A DNA stretch of 64,000 bases from positions 39,158-103,157 of the forward strand of contig NIVC01001248.1 of the NCBI GenBank assembly GCA_002269645.1. Reading direction: 5' to 3'. Source of the DNA: Macrostomum lignano (lineage: Eukaryota). This document shows positions 1-11,621 of this stretch, piece by piece. The notes beneath the pieces are model-generated. The model made no database searches and was not told where the DNA came from. It was given only the letters and a program-made list of their open reading frames with translations. The position numbers and the translations under genes were made by a program. Numbering within the stretch: the stretch's first letter is position 1; every line of letters begins with the position of its first letter.

Positions 1-184
1 GGCTGCTCATACTGATTGGCAAGTACCGGCGCAACCCTGAGCCGGTCGACATCGGCCTCATCCTGATGCAGCTGGCCTTTACAAACTTTTGTCTGGCCGC
101 CCTCTGCTATGTTGCCTTTGAACTGGCGCTGCTCAAGTCGGACACACTCGGTGGGCAAGCTTTAAGCATAATGTTTCGTTTGCT
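1..184 (+). CDS. Probable upstream (TM1-TM2) exon of GPCR paralog A, truncated by the window edge
   Basis: Frame from base 3 reads LLILIGKYRRNPEPVDIGLILMQLAFTNFCLAALCYVAFELALL (hydrophobic helix, basic loop, helix). GTAAGT donor at 185. Its phase (2) does not join directly to the phase-0 acceptor at 863, so the linkage is uncertain. Confidence 0.5.
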
Positions 185-399
185 GTAAGTTTACATGTTT
201 TTCGGCATGTCAATAAACACTACATGGATGTCACGGTTGCGCACTAAAAATTTTGGCGACATTGAACACTTTTTGAGCAGCGATGACCTGAAGGGCCATT
301 TTACCGCTCTGGCCTCCCTGCAGGGCGGTTGAATCCAAACAGGGCCCTGTGGATGGCCAGATGTGCAACCGCGGTACATCCGAAGGCTGCGTACGGTTG

Positions 400-600
400 T
401 TCAGTCCAAGGACTGAGGGGTCGCCACATCCAACCTCAATTACCCCAGCTAATGCTGGCACCCATTTTACAGCTGGGTAAACTGAAGCAATGCAGAGTTA
501 AGTGTCTTGCTCAAGAACTCAATTTGTTTCAGTAGGATCGGGAATCGAACCCCCGACCTTCCAGTTGTCAGTCAGACGCTCTAACCACCCGGATAGTTAC
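400..600 (-). mobile_element. tRNA-derived CORE-SINE
   Basis: Minus strand shows A-box GTGGTTAGAGC and B-box GGTTCGATTCC, followed by CTTGAGCAAGACACTTAACTCTGCATTGCTTCAGTTTACCCAGCTGTAAAATGGG, which closely resembles the MIR-type CORE (CTTGGGCAAGTTACTTAACCTCTCTG..CTCAGTTTCCTCATCTGTAAAATGGG). Confidence 0.7.
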
Positions 601-862
601 CACCTATTGCAATTAGCCCTATATAGACACTGGCCAGACGTTTTCTATACCCCCGGACACATTCTAGAAGTAATACTCAAAGCGAATCCATGACACCAAC
701 ATAATTTGGTACTCATCAACCCCATCATAACAACCTTTTGACTTTTGGCCCTTTTGACTTTTGGCCTTCCGGACGGTGTAAAGTGAGCTTCGATGAGTTT
801 CTTTCCCAAAATCTGAGAAGCCATCGCGATGCCCAGCACTGGTGCTGTCCTGCCACCCACAG

Positions 863-2437
863 GCAATTTACTGCTGGTTCTTGCTCAGCCTCTCCCTGAA
901 GAACCTGTGGATGATGTGCACCTGCCTGTTTCGCTTCATGGCTATCTCCCGACCGATGAAATTTCGTCGATGGCTGACTTGCCGCATCCAGCTGTGCAGC
1001 TTCGCCGTCCTGCTGCTGGTCGCGAGCGCCGTTGTCTTTGGCGCTTTCGCCGGTTGGCGTCTGACGGCTGGCGGTAGCGAGCAGTTCCTGGTGAACACGA
1101 TGCTGCCTCTGACAAGGACAACTCAGACTTACCTACCCGTGCCGCTGATCGTGCTGATCAGTGCTCTAACGGTAGCTGAGCTAGCCGCTGCCCGGGCCAA
1201 CCGACCCGGCGATAATATTGCCTCGTTAAGTCCCTCATCCACGCACAGCTCAGGAGCGGACGCCAATACCAACGCGATTCCGGCCACAGAAGACCCAGTT
1301 GCAGCCGCAGCAGCTGCCGCAGCTGCATGCGAGAACGCAGCTCTCGCAGCTGCCGAATGCTTCAATGCCTCGGTTATGTCCAGCGAGGACGAAGACGGCA
1401 GTTCAACCAAAGCGATGACCGACGTTACTGACGCGATCGAAGCTGCTAGAGCTGCAGCCGCGGCCAATCAATACTCGGCCAAGGCTGCCAAGGCAGTTCG
1501 TGCTCTACCAGAGCGTGGCTCTGCCTCAACGACTTGCGCTCGCGCAGCCAAATCCGCTGACGCTGCCGCCGCAGCAGCCGCTAATTTCGCCACAGCCGCC
1601 AGTGCATTGGCAACCGACTGCGCTTTCACCAAAGCTGCCAACGCTGCCGCGGCGGCTTCTGCCTCGGCTGTTGCGGCAGCCGCTGCCTCCAATGCTTTCG
1701 CATTCGAAGCTGCTATCTCTGCAGAATCAGCTGCTGTCACTGCAGCCGCTGCTGCTGCAGCCGCCGCTACCTCAGCCACCGCTGCCAACGTTTGCGCAGC
1801 GAAAGCATTGATCAAAACCGCTGCCACCGTCGCCGCCGCTGCCGCCGCGGATTCCAACGATATCGAAGCCGACTGTGCGGCGATTGCTGCCAAGGTCTAC
1901 GCGTTCGCCGCTGATGATGCCACTGTCGCGACGGCAAATTACCAAGCAGCTGACACAGCGGGCGGAGTTGCTAGAAATTTCAACGCGATGGAGTCGCGCG
2001 CCGCCGCCAACTCCAGGCTGGCAGGCGCCGCTGCCGCTGCAGCCGTTGCCGCCACCGCAGCCGCAGCGGCAAATTCCAACGCAGTCGCAACGGCAGCCGC
2101 AACCGTCCAGGCCCGCAACTGGTGCAACACGCTGCTCATTGTTTGCCTGTCTGCTGGCACCATCGCAGCGCTGGAACTGCCTGGCGCTGTCATGGTGATT
2201 GTCCAACAGTTCCGCCCTCTGCAGGACTGGCTGGTGCCCGTCGACGACCTGCTGGTGACCTGTCACGGCGCGGTTCACTTTGCAATTTTCGGCGCTTTTA
2301 GCGCCAACTTCCGAGGCCAGCTGCGCCAGCTGCTCCGCTGCCAGGCGAACAGAGACGCCCCTAAAAGCGGTCGCGACGGTCAACCTCGGCAGCAGGAGAA
2401 TCGGCCTCTTGTGGGAACAAAGACTCGTCCCTCTTGA
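863..2437 (+). CDS. Rhodopsin-like (class A) orphan GPCR, TM3-TM7 exon, with very long Ala-rich ICL3 (paralog A)
   Basis: Acceptor CCACAG at 862. TM3 ends FRFMAISRP (DRYxAIxxP equivalent); TM4 IQLCSFAVLLLVASAVVF; TM5 TYLPVPLIVLISALTVAEL; TM6 NTLLIVCLSAGTIAALELP; TM7/H8 HFAIFGAFSANFRGQL; stop at 2437. Confidence 0.75.
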   Translation, partial: AIYCWFLLSLSLKNLWMMCTCLFRFMAISRPMKFRRWLTCRIQLCSFAVLLLVASAVVFGAFAGWRLTAGGSEQFLVNTMLPLTRTTQTYLPVPLIVLISALTVAELAAARANRPGDNIASLSPSSTHSSGADANTNAIPATEDPVAAAAAAAAACENAALAAAECFNASVMSSEDEDGSSTKAMTDVTDAIEAARAAAAANQYSAKAAKAVRALPERGSASTTCARAAKSADAAAAAAANFATAASALATDCAFTKAANAAAAASASAVAAAAASNAFAFEAAISAESAAVTAAAAAAAAATSATAANVCAAKALIKTAATVAAAAAADSNDIEADCAAIAAKVYAFAADDATVATANYQAADTAGGVARNFNAMESRAAANSRLAGAAAAAAVAATAAAAANSNAVATAAATVQARNWCNTLLIVCLSAGTIAALELPGAVMVIVQQFRPLQDWLVPVDDLLVTCHGAVHFAIFGAFSANFRGQLRQLLRCQANRDAPKSGRDGQPRQQENRPLVGTKTRPS

Positions 2438-2877
2438 CTTACTCGAGTGCGCCAACACAATGCCGACTACTTACAGTTATAAGTAGTACAGCAGAGTGAA
2501 ATACTTATTTTTTTGTTCCGGAACATTCGCAAACCGAAGCGCAACTGATACTCAAACTGGTTAATCCGTAGAAACTCGTTCTGTGTAAATAATAACATTA
2601 AATTTTCAAAGGTGGCTCGGCTCATATTTACCGGTCACGCGGTACAGAACCTTCTATCTTCTCAATGCTTTTTATAAAAGAAACCTGCGGGGCACACCTG
2701 TCACACTTTTCTTTCTATCTGACATCGGAACATGAGGAGCCTCCCATTCGGCACCTGGCAACTGTGCGCCCCATCTACTGTGGTTGATTAGATTTTTATA
2801 ACATCCAGTTTGAGGTCAAATGACACACTAATACTTGCTACTTTAGAATCACCAACTTTCGGACCAGATAATGAGAA

Positions 2878-3485
2878 AATCTATTCACATTTACTCACAT
2901 CTACTCATATCTACTCACATCTACTCACATCTGCTCATATCTACTCATATCTACTCAAATCTGCTCATATCTACTCACATCTACTCACATCTGCTCACAT
3001 CTGCTCACATCTACTCATATCTGCTCATATCTACTCACATCTACTCATATCTACTCACATCTGCTCACATCTGCTCACATCTACTCAAAACTACTCACAT
3101 CTACTCGTATCTACTCATATTTACTCTTATCTACTCATGTCTACTCACATCTACTTACAACTACTCACATCTACTCATATATACATATATCTACTCATAT
3201 CTACTATATCTACTCATATCTACTCATATCTACTCATATCTCTCATATCTACTCACATCTACTCACATCTGCTCACATCTGCTCACATCTACTCATATCT
3301 GCTCATATCTACTCACATCTACTCATATCTACTCACATCTGCTCACATCTGCTCACATCTACTCAAAACTACTCACATCTACTCGTATCTACTCATATTT
3401 ACTCTTATCTACTCATGTCTACTCACATCTACTTACAACTACTCACATCTCTTCGTATCTACTCATATCTACTCATACTTATATC
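2878..3485. repeat. Degenerate 10-bp minisatellite (CTACTCACAT)n
   Basis: Directly visible tandem CTACTCA(C/T)AT units. Confidence 0.9.
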
Positions 3486-3489
3486 TACT

Positions 3490-5700
3490 TGTGGCGGAAA
3501 AAGTTCATATTTATTCAGCCCTGAACACTGTAGCTCGTGAGGAAGGTTGTGGGGTGACGGCGCCTGACGAGTCGTCGGTTAAAGTCTCAGGTATGCAGTG
3601 GGCTCCGCAGAAGGATGCCTTCATTCTTTCGATTAGCGACCACCCGGCAGCCAATCTTGCAAGAGAAAATTTGACTAAACGGGCAACGTTGTCGGCATTC
3701 TCCAAAACCTTCAACGCTCTGGGTCTTCTGTGTCCATTGCTGACACGACCGAAGCTACTCTTTCAGCAGAGTTGCAAGCTAAAAATTTCCTGGGACGCGG
3801 TGCTACCGGAACCCTTACAAGGGCAGTGGATGGAATGTTTAAAATATTTAAAAAGGTTGGTCAACTGAACTCAATAGGCGAGTCGTCAATGAAAGGCCGA
3901 TTGCTACCGAGATCCATGGGTTTTGCGACGCGTCACAGTTAGCATATGCGGCGTGCTTGTTCCTACTTTCCACATTCGAGTCGGGTGCGGTGCAAGTTTC
4001 TCTGTTAATGGGGAAGGTGCGTGTAGCCCCGATGTCTTCGACCACAATTCCACGCCTGGAGTTATGGCTGCTCATGAGCTTGCGCAAGCAATCAGTGAGA
4101 TTCGCGCAGAATATCCGGACTGCCCGATCGTCTGTTGGAGCGACAGCATGGACGTCCTTTGGTGGCTCAAATCGAAGCACAAGCTGTGGAAACCTTTCAT
4201 TCAAAACCGTGCAATCAAAATTCGTTCGATAGTCGCCCCGGAATCATGGCGGTACTGTCCAGGAAAGGACAATCCAGCAGACATTGCTACGCGACCAGTA
4301 ATCCCTAGGATGTTCACAGCAACGTCCTCCTGGTTTCGAGGTCCAACGTGGCTGTCTGAACTGGACCTGCACTGGCCAGAACAACCTGCGATGTGCGATC
4401 AGCATTCCATATCTAGAGAAGACGAGCCCAGCTGTTCGATAACTCACGCGAGGACACCCGATGTTCAGCTACAGAGTCCACTCCATAATTGAGCTGCAAC
4501 GGTTCAGCACCCTGACGAAACTGTTGCGCGTCACTGCTTGGGTGTTTCGCTTTATCAAGACAATCAAACAGAAGAGGCGAGAAAGCATCGGCGAGTTGAC
4601 GGCTACGGAGTTGTTACAAGCGGAGGACTGCTGGATCAAGTCACTGCAGGCACGAGATTTCAGTTTGGACATACGATGTCTCAAGGAGGGCACAGCCCGC
4701 ACGCTGCTCAATTGTAATCTGTGGCTATTTATAGATCAAGGGGAGTCCTGCCAGGGGCTAACGAAATGGGCGGTCTCCTCCGCCTCCTCGCTGCATCCGC
4801 CGGACGCCCCCTGCAGCTAAGTCAAGTCAAGGGGGAGTCCTTCGCAGTGCAGGTCGACTCGGTGAGCCAAGCTCTCGACCCACCAAAAATCGCCGGTTCT
4901 CTGTCCGACAGACGTCGATTTCCAGCGGCTGTTGATCTGAGAGGCGCACCACAAGGTTGGTCATGGTGGTGTGGCAGCAACGTTACTCTGAATTCGCGAG
5001 AAATTCTGGCTCTTGAAGGGACGACAGAAAGCATGCAACACGTGCATACGTCTTCAAGGCCTGTCGTATAAGATCTCCCAAAAAGCGCAGTTACCTACGT
5101 CCCGTGCGTCACCGGGCAGAGCCTTCCAGCATGTTGGCCTCGATTACTGCGGCCCCCTCATCTACCGCAGGGGGAGGATGACGGCCAACATAAAGCCTAC
5201 ATTCTATTGTTGACCTGTACTAGCACACCAGCAGTGCATCTCGAACTCGTCACTGACTTGACAACGCAGTCATTCCTTCTGAGCCTGAGACGCTCCTGTG
5301 TCCGCCGAGGTGTACCGTCAATTATCTCTGACAACTTCAAAACCTTCCATGCGGCGGCCAGGCTACTGGATGCAGAAGAAGCTCCATTACGGACTCAAAC
5401 AGGTCAATATTTTTTGAGCAGCCGCCGAGTCACTTGGACATTCATTCCCGAGCGAGCTCCATGGATGGTAGGCTTCTACGAGAGACTGGTCGGCGTAGTG
5501 AAATCAGTGCTCAAGAAGACAATCGGAAGGGCATTCCTGACCGTCGAGGAGCTGTCGACAGTAATCTGTGAGGCGAAAGCGGTTGTAAACTCAAGATCGC
5601 TTGGTTTTGTGTCTTCCGGCGAGCAATCAGAAGTCATCACACGTGGCCATTTCCTCGTTCTGCGCCGCCTGACAAAAGAACCAGAGGACGAAGCGAAAGT
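3490..5700 (+). mobile_element. Decayed BEL/Pao LTR-retrotransposon pol (RT end/RNase H region and integrase), multiply frameshifted
   Basis: Pao motifs across frames: GMQWAPQKD, TKRATLSAFSKTFNALGLLCP..KLLFQ..ISWDAVLP, CDAS..AYAA, MGKVRVAP..TIPRLEL, WSDSMDVLWW, WRYCPGKDNPADIATR, FSTLTKLLRVTAW, CNTC, VGLDYCGP, AVHLELV, ISDNFKTF, APWMVGFYERLVGVVK. No LTRs identified. Confidence 0.92.
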
Positions 5701-6314
5701 TTGGCCAGTTCTCAGGCCAGTTCTTTGCCTCGACCAACTATGGCCAGTTCTTTGGCCAGAACTGGGTGGCCAGTTCTCAAAGTGGTCGAGCTGCTACGCA
5801 TCTTCGACGGCCAGTGAAGTTGCTGGTACCACTGGAAGTCTGACGTGTCGCTGGTGGTTTTTTGCTCGGCTGCTGGCTACGTCTAGTCGGTTTTCCTGTG
5901 TTCTTTTGGTCGTTTTGCTGGTGGCGTTCAGTCGGTTGTCGTTCAATGTCGGTGGCTGTGTGAGTGGTCGGTGGTCGGTCAGTCGGTTGGTTGGTGGTTC
6001 TCTGTCGTTGTTGTTCGGTGGTCGGTTTTGGTTGCGTCACGTTGGTTGTTTTTTCCCGTGGTTGGTGGTGTTTATCCTTACAGTCGCTTTAATTCTTGTT
6101 GTTTCGTGTCGGTTAGTTCTTGTTTATGTGGGCTGTGTTTGCTTTGTTTTTTCTCTTTTGTCGGTGATTGGTTTGCGTTTTCTGTAAGTTTGCAGTTTAT
6201 TCACCGTTGGTTGATTTTCGTGCTTCTTCGGTTTTTTGTTTTTTTCGCAGTCCAATGTTTTAGCGCTGCAATATTTGTTTTTTATAACTTGCATTACTTT
6301 TCCTACTTCACCCT

Positions 6315-6605
6315 ACTATCTGAGAGTGACAGTAGGGTGACTATATGAGAGTGAATATAGGGTGACTACATATATATAAGAGTGACAGTATAGGTGACTA
6401 TCTGGGAGTGACAGTAAGGTGACGAGAGATACTGCAGGAATGGCTGACTCTATGGATGAGAAATTGAGGATAACTATAAAAGAGTGACAGGTGTGAGTGA
6501 GGACTAAGAGTGACAGTAAGAGTGATAGTAGTAGTGACTATATGAAAGTGACTCGCTTATTACAGTCACATAGGAACTTGAATTGGACAGTGAGAGTGAC
6601 TTTTT
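6315..6605. repeat. Degenerate GAGTGAC(A/T) repeat region
   Basis: Recurrent GAGTGACAG/GGTGACTA units. Confidence 0.6.
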
Positions 6606-7063
6606 GAGTTTGGCGACTTCATGGGGTTGACTACTAAGATCGGTGAGTTTGTTGAGCATAGCTGTCTCTTATCCCTCAGATTCAGATTCAGATGTGTCTT
6701 AGCAACTAATCTCTCAGGGGGGGGGGCGAATGGTGACAAGTTGCATTGTTCGGTAAATTCTGAGCATCTTCGTCTTGTACGCTGCTCAAAATGTCTGCCA
6801 AACTCATTAGAGTAATGGAGTTGTTAAGGGCCTATACCTACGATTAATATGCCTGCTAGTACTTACGGAAGTATCATCATGACGAGCCTATTACTATATT
6901 GGACATTTATAAGTCGAGCAGGTCTGGGGATCGCTTACTACCTAAGAATCTATTTGCAGACTGTTTGGCAGCTGAAACGTTCCATTATCGAGTGCTTAGT
7001 CAGCTACACAGCACGCATTTTTAAAAACTCGTTTCTCGCACCCAAAACTCTACAAAAAACCAG

Positions 7064-7826
7064 GTGAGCTACTGCTGGGTGTTGTTCAGCGTGACCGTGA
7101 AGAACATGTGGACGGCCTGCATCAGCGTGTTCCGCTGTCTGGCCACCTTCAAGCCCATCGGCTTCCGCCGCCGTCGCGGCCGCCGCCGGGCCCGGCACCT
7201 TCGCCGCGTGGCGTCTGGCGGCCGGCGGCAGCGAGCGGTTCCTGGTGGACGTGATGCTGCCGCTGATGAGGACGCCTCAGACTTACCTGCCCGTGCCGCT
7301 GATCCTGCTGGCCTCCGGCGTCACCGCCGCTCAGCTGGCTGTTGCCAGGGGCAACCAGCCTGGCGAGGTCGCCGCCTCCGTCGCCCCAGCCGCTGCCGCC
7401 AGAAGGTCCGGCCTCGTCACCACCCGCATTGTGCTGGTGCTGGCCACCACTTTTATCGTTTTCGAGTTGCCAGGCGCGACTTTCATCACATTCGAGCTGC
7501 ACAAACAGCTTCCAGACTGGATGGTGCCCGTCAGCGACCTGCTGGTTACCGTCGACAGCGCCTGCAGCTTCTTCGTGTTCTACGCGGTCAGCGCCAACTT
7601 CCGTCGGCAGGTGCTGCAGCTGCTCGGCCGTCAGCCTCTGGCCGCTTCCCCTGGAGCTGCCACCGCCAACCGCAGAGGCGGCACCAGCCTCACCGCTACG
7701 TTTTCTTCGGCGCTGCTAGCGCAACGACGCCACGACAGCCGTTTTGTCGAGGCGTCCCGACTGGTGGGCTGGTCGCGCTGCCCTAAGCCGCTGCTGGGCC
7801 GCAGGGCGGAGGATGCCAGCCTCTGA
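7064..7826 (+). pseudogene. GPCR paralog B, TM3-TM7 exon, with internal deletion/frameshift removing most of TM4
   Basis: Same phase-0 acceptor (CCAG|GTG AGC TAC TGC TGG) as paralog A. YCWVLFSVTVKNMWTACISVFRCLATFKPIGFRR aligns to A, then the frame switches near 7170 to GTFAAWRLAAGGSERFLVDVMLPLMRTPQTYLPVPL...PDWMVPVSDLLVTVDSACSFFVFYAVSANFRRQV. An assembly error cannot be excluded. Confidence 0.65.
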
Positions 7827-8756
7827 CTCGCGTGGGCCGGCCGTCTGTTCTCTGAGCAAGAAATAACGAAAAACTCCACTTATACTACTTGGCAGGCGCC
7901 TCAGTTTCTACACCTTTAGAATGCTACAAAGCGTTTAAAATGTTTAGACTGCTAATGCTAGAATGCGGATGTACCAAAAAGCAATCTACATGTAACTTCG
8001 AAACTGTTCAGTCTAAACTAAACTACGCTCGCACGTAATCTAAAATAAAGTCTTCTGGGCTAAGTTTGTCCATGGTAAATCCATTTTCACCGCACCGTTT
8101 TTGCAATTCTGTATTCCAGGAGGTGAGGATATTGTTCTTGTGATGACATTTTGAAATCGAGGAACTTTCTATCCTGCATGTACTTTAAAAGTTAGCAAAA
8201 CTTTTTAAAACTTCAGTCATGCATTGTCAATTAATGTAATATCTGTCTCATACTATCTAGATACTTAAAGTAAAATTTCAGTACATATTATTGCATGGAT
8301 TTGTTATTTCTATTTTTCCTTTATAGTTTTCTACTAGTTTATAATATTTTACTAAATGCATACTCTTTGCATCTACTAACAGTAATATAATGCGAAAAAA
8401 ACTCTTTTTACATTACAAATACAAGGTAATATATTTTAAAATAAAACTTGGTCGCTTGCAAGCAAAATCTCCCTCATTTTTTTCTCTCTTTAAATCATTA
8501 AAGTGCTGCCTGCAAGGGTGACCTGGAATGAACCCAACGCTGCAGCCACGAGCCCAGCACCGAGTTGTGTTGTATTGTAATGGGGCCTGTCGGCTCGATA
8601 TTAGTGAAGCAGTTGTTGCTGGAATCTGGATCAGCAGTCTGGTGAAGGTTGCAGCGACCATTTCGAGTTTGCCAGCCACCCTCGGTTGCTGCAGCTGTGG
8701 GCGATTCAACAAGGCTGAGGGCCAACAGGCAGGACATGAAGAAACATAGAGAGGCA

Positions 8757-9255
8757 TTTAGCGCCAGAGAAACGCTGTATTTGGCGCCAGAGAAACGCTG
8801 TATTTGGCGCCAGAGAAACACTGTATTTGGCGCCAGAGAAACATTGTATTTTGCGCCAGAGAAACGCTGTATTTGGCGCCAGAGAAACGCTGTATTTGGC
8901 GCCAGAGAAACGCTGTATTTAGCGCCAGAGAAACGCTGTTTTTGGCGCCAGAGAAACACTGTATTTGGCGCCAGAGAAACACTGTATTTGGCGCCAGAGA
9001 AACACTGTATTTGGCGCCAGAGAAACACTGCATTTGGCGCCAGAGAAACGCTGTATTTGGCGCTAGAGAAACGCTGTATTTGGCGCCAGAGAAACGCTGT
9101 ATTTAGCACAAGAGAAACACTGTATTTGGCGCCAGGGAAACGCTGTATTTGGCGCCAGAGAAACGCTGTATTTGGCGCCAGAGAAACGCTGTATTTAGCA
9201 CAAGAGAAACACTGTATTTGGCGCCAGGGAAACGCTGTATTTGGCGCCAGAGAAA
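8757..9255. repeat. 23-bp minisatellite GGCGCCAGAGAAACGCTGTATTT (~21 copies)
   Basis: Visible tandem units; overlapping ORFs have a 23-aa period. Confidence 0.95.
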
Positions 9256-9924
9256 CATGTACGCCCTTAGTTTTGGAGCCTCTGGTCTACAGTTATATCC
9301 AACAGTAGTCATTGCGTGGCAGAGCGGACCGCACTAAACTGACTTAGCTTCTAAAGGGCCGGCCTCCCAGGTGGGCCCTTAGTCTAAAACCTTAACTCCC
9401 AAGATCTTTGTTTGAATTTTCTGTCTTTCTCTCCCAAGAGAGCCCCAATAAAGCAATTCTGTCCGGCAGAATCCCCCCCCCAGGGAGGGGAGAATTTCCC
9501 CTCCCAGATGCGTCTGATCTCCCGTCGCGTGCTGCGGTAGGACCCTTTGCAGCAATAAATCTGAAGTGTGGCCCTCGCTCGGAACAGCACAAAGACCTGT
9601 TGCTCTGGTCATTGTTTTGCAAATACAATCGCTATATAGGAGGAGCTGTTTAGACTGAGCCCTTGACTTCCCTAATTTATTGTGCATTGGGGAATCCAAG
9701 TTAATGGGACCGATGGGGGCTCACGCTCGAATTTGTTGTTTTTACAAGGGCCGCCCGCGAGAAGGTCTTTGTAGATCGGTCCCTTGCGCTGCACCAATTA
9801 ATTCTTGCATTTCACATGCGCCAAGGACCGCCTACGATGACTTTTTCAATGAAGTTCGGCGTTTTCGAATGGCATGGCATAGCATGGCTTGGAAGGTTTG
9901 GATGGATTCAAAGGTCAAATGGCT

Positions 9925-11200
9925 CGTTTTGGCGCCCGATCGCTCATTTTGGCGTACAGTCACTCATTTTGGGGCTAAGATCGCTCATTTTGGCGCCCAA
10001 TCGCTCATTTTGGCGCCCGATCGCTCATTTTGGCGCCCGATCACTCATTTTGGCGCCCGATCGCTCATTTTGGCGCCCAATCGCTCATTTTGGCGCCCAG
10101 TCACTCATTTTGGGGCTGAGTCGCTCATTTTGGCGCCCAATCGCTCATTTTGGCGCCCGATCGCTCATTTTGGCGCCCGATCGCTCATTTTGGCGCCCAA
10201 ATCGCTCATTTTGGCGCCACATCGCTGATTTGGCGTCTAATCGCTCATTTTGGCACCACATCACTGATTTGGCGTCTAATCGCTCATTTTGGCGCCACAT
10301 CGCTGATTTGGCGTCTAATCGCTCATTTTGGCGCCCAATCGCTCATTTTGGCGCCCAATCGCTCATTTTGGCGCCCAGTCACTCATTTTGGGGCTGAGTC
10401 GCTCATTTTGGGGCTGAGTCGCTCATTTTGGCGCCCGATCGCTCATTTTGGCGCCCAATCGCTCATTTTGGCGCCCAATCGCTCATTTTGGCGCCCAAAT
10501 CGCTCATTTTGGCGCCCAGTCACTCATTTTGGGGCTGAGATCGCTCATTTTGGCGCCACATCGCTGATTTGGCGTCTAATCGCTCATTTTGGCGCCCAAT
10601 CGCTCATTTTGGCGCCCAGTCACTCATTTTGGGGCTGAGTCGCTCATTTTGGCGCCCAATCGCTCATTTTGGCGCCCGATCGCTCATTTTGGCGCCCAAT
10701 CGCTCATTTTGGCGCCCAAATCGCTTATTTTGGCGCCACATCGCTGATTTGGCGTCTAATCGCTCATTTTGGCGCCCAATCGCTCATTTTGGCGCCCAAA
10801 TCGCTCATTTTGGCGCCCAGTCACTCATTTTGGGGCTGAGTCGCTCATTTTGGCGCCCAATCGCTCATTTTGGCGCCCGATCACTCATTTTGGCGCCCGA
10901 TCGCTCATTTTGGCGCCCAAATCGCTCATTTTGGCGCCACATCGCTGATTTGGCGTCTAATCGCTCATTTTGGCGCCACATCGCTGATTTGGCGTCTAAT
11001 CGCTCATTTTGGCGCCCAATCGCTTATTTTGGCGCCCAAATCGCTCATTTTAGCGCCCAGTCACTCATTCTGGCGCCCGATTGCTAACTTTTGGTGCCCG
11101 ATCGCTCATTTTGGCGCACAGTTACGAGTACTCATTTTGGCGCCACATCGCTCATTTTGGCGCCCAATCACCTAATTTAGCGCCCAAATAGCTCATTTTA
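9925..11200. repeat. ~20-bp minisatellite TCGCTCATTTTGGCGCCCAA (~60 copies)
   Basis: Visible tandem units with variants (GGGGCTGAG, CACATCGCTGATTT). Confidence 0.95.
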
Positions 11201-11621
11201 GCTTTCCAGTCCATCTGTCCCATGTCAGAGATCCATGGCTGCTACGAAAATGCAGTAAAATTATTCCATATTTTATGACCAGCGCAGCCACCCAAGGTGT
11301 CTTATCTCCTGCGGTTCATCTCTCAATGCCTGTGCCGCACAATATTTATTCCCAGTCCACTAAAAAACACTTAACTGCAGTTTCACTTCTTGACTGGAAA
11401 CTGGGACAAAGACCTCTCGAGCTGATTGCAAGATATGTCCACGCGATTTCCTCGTGGAGTTTTCTCCGCCTTGGTTTTCGGGGTGGCCCCAGACTTGCAA
11501 TGTGATTTATGAGAATCTGCTGTGTTTCTGGTCTGCTGTCCCTTCGACTGGGCTTGGAACTGTAATTACAAGGCCTGTGCACATTCAGTGTCGGATGCAG
11601 GCTGTTGCTTCGAACTGAGCC

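Noticed and set aside
533-600. tRNA-like sequence on the minus strand
   Set aside because: The anticodon and acceptor stems do not pair properly and it runs into a CORE domain, so it is a SINE head rather than a tRNA gene.
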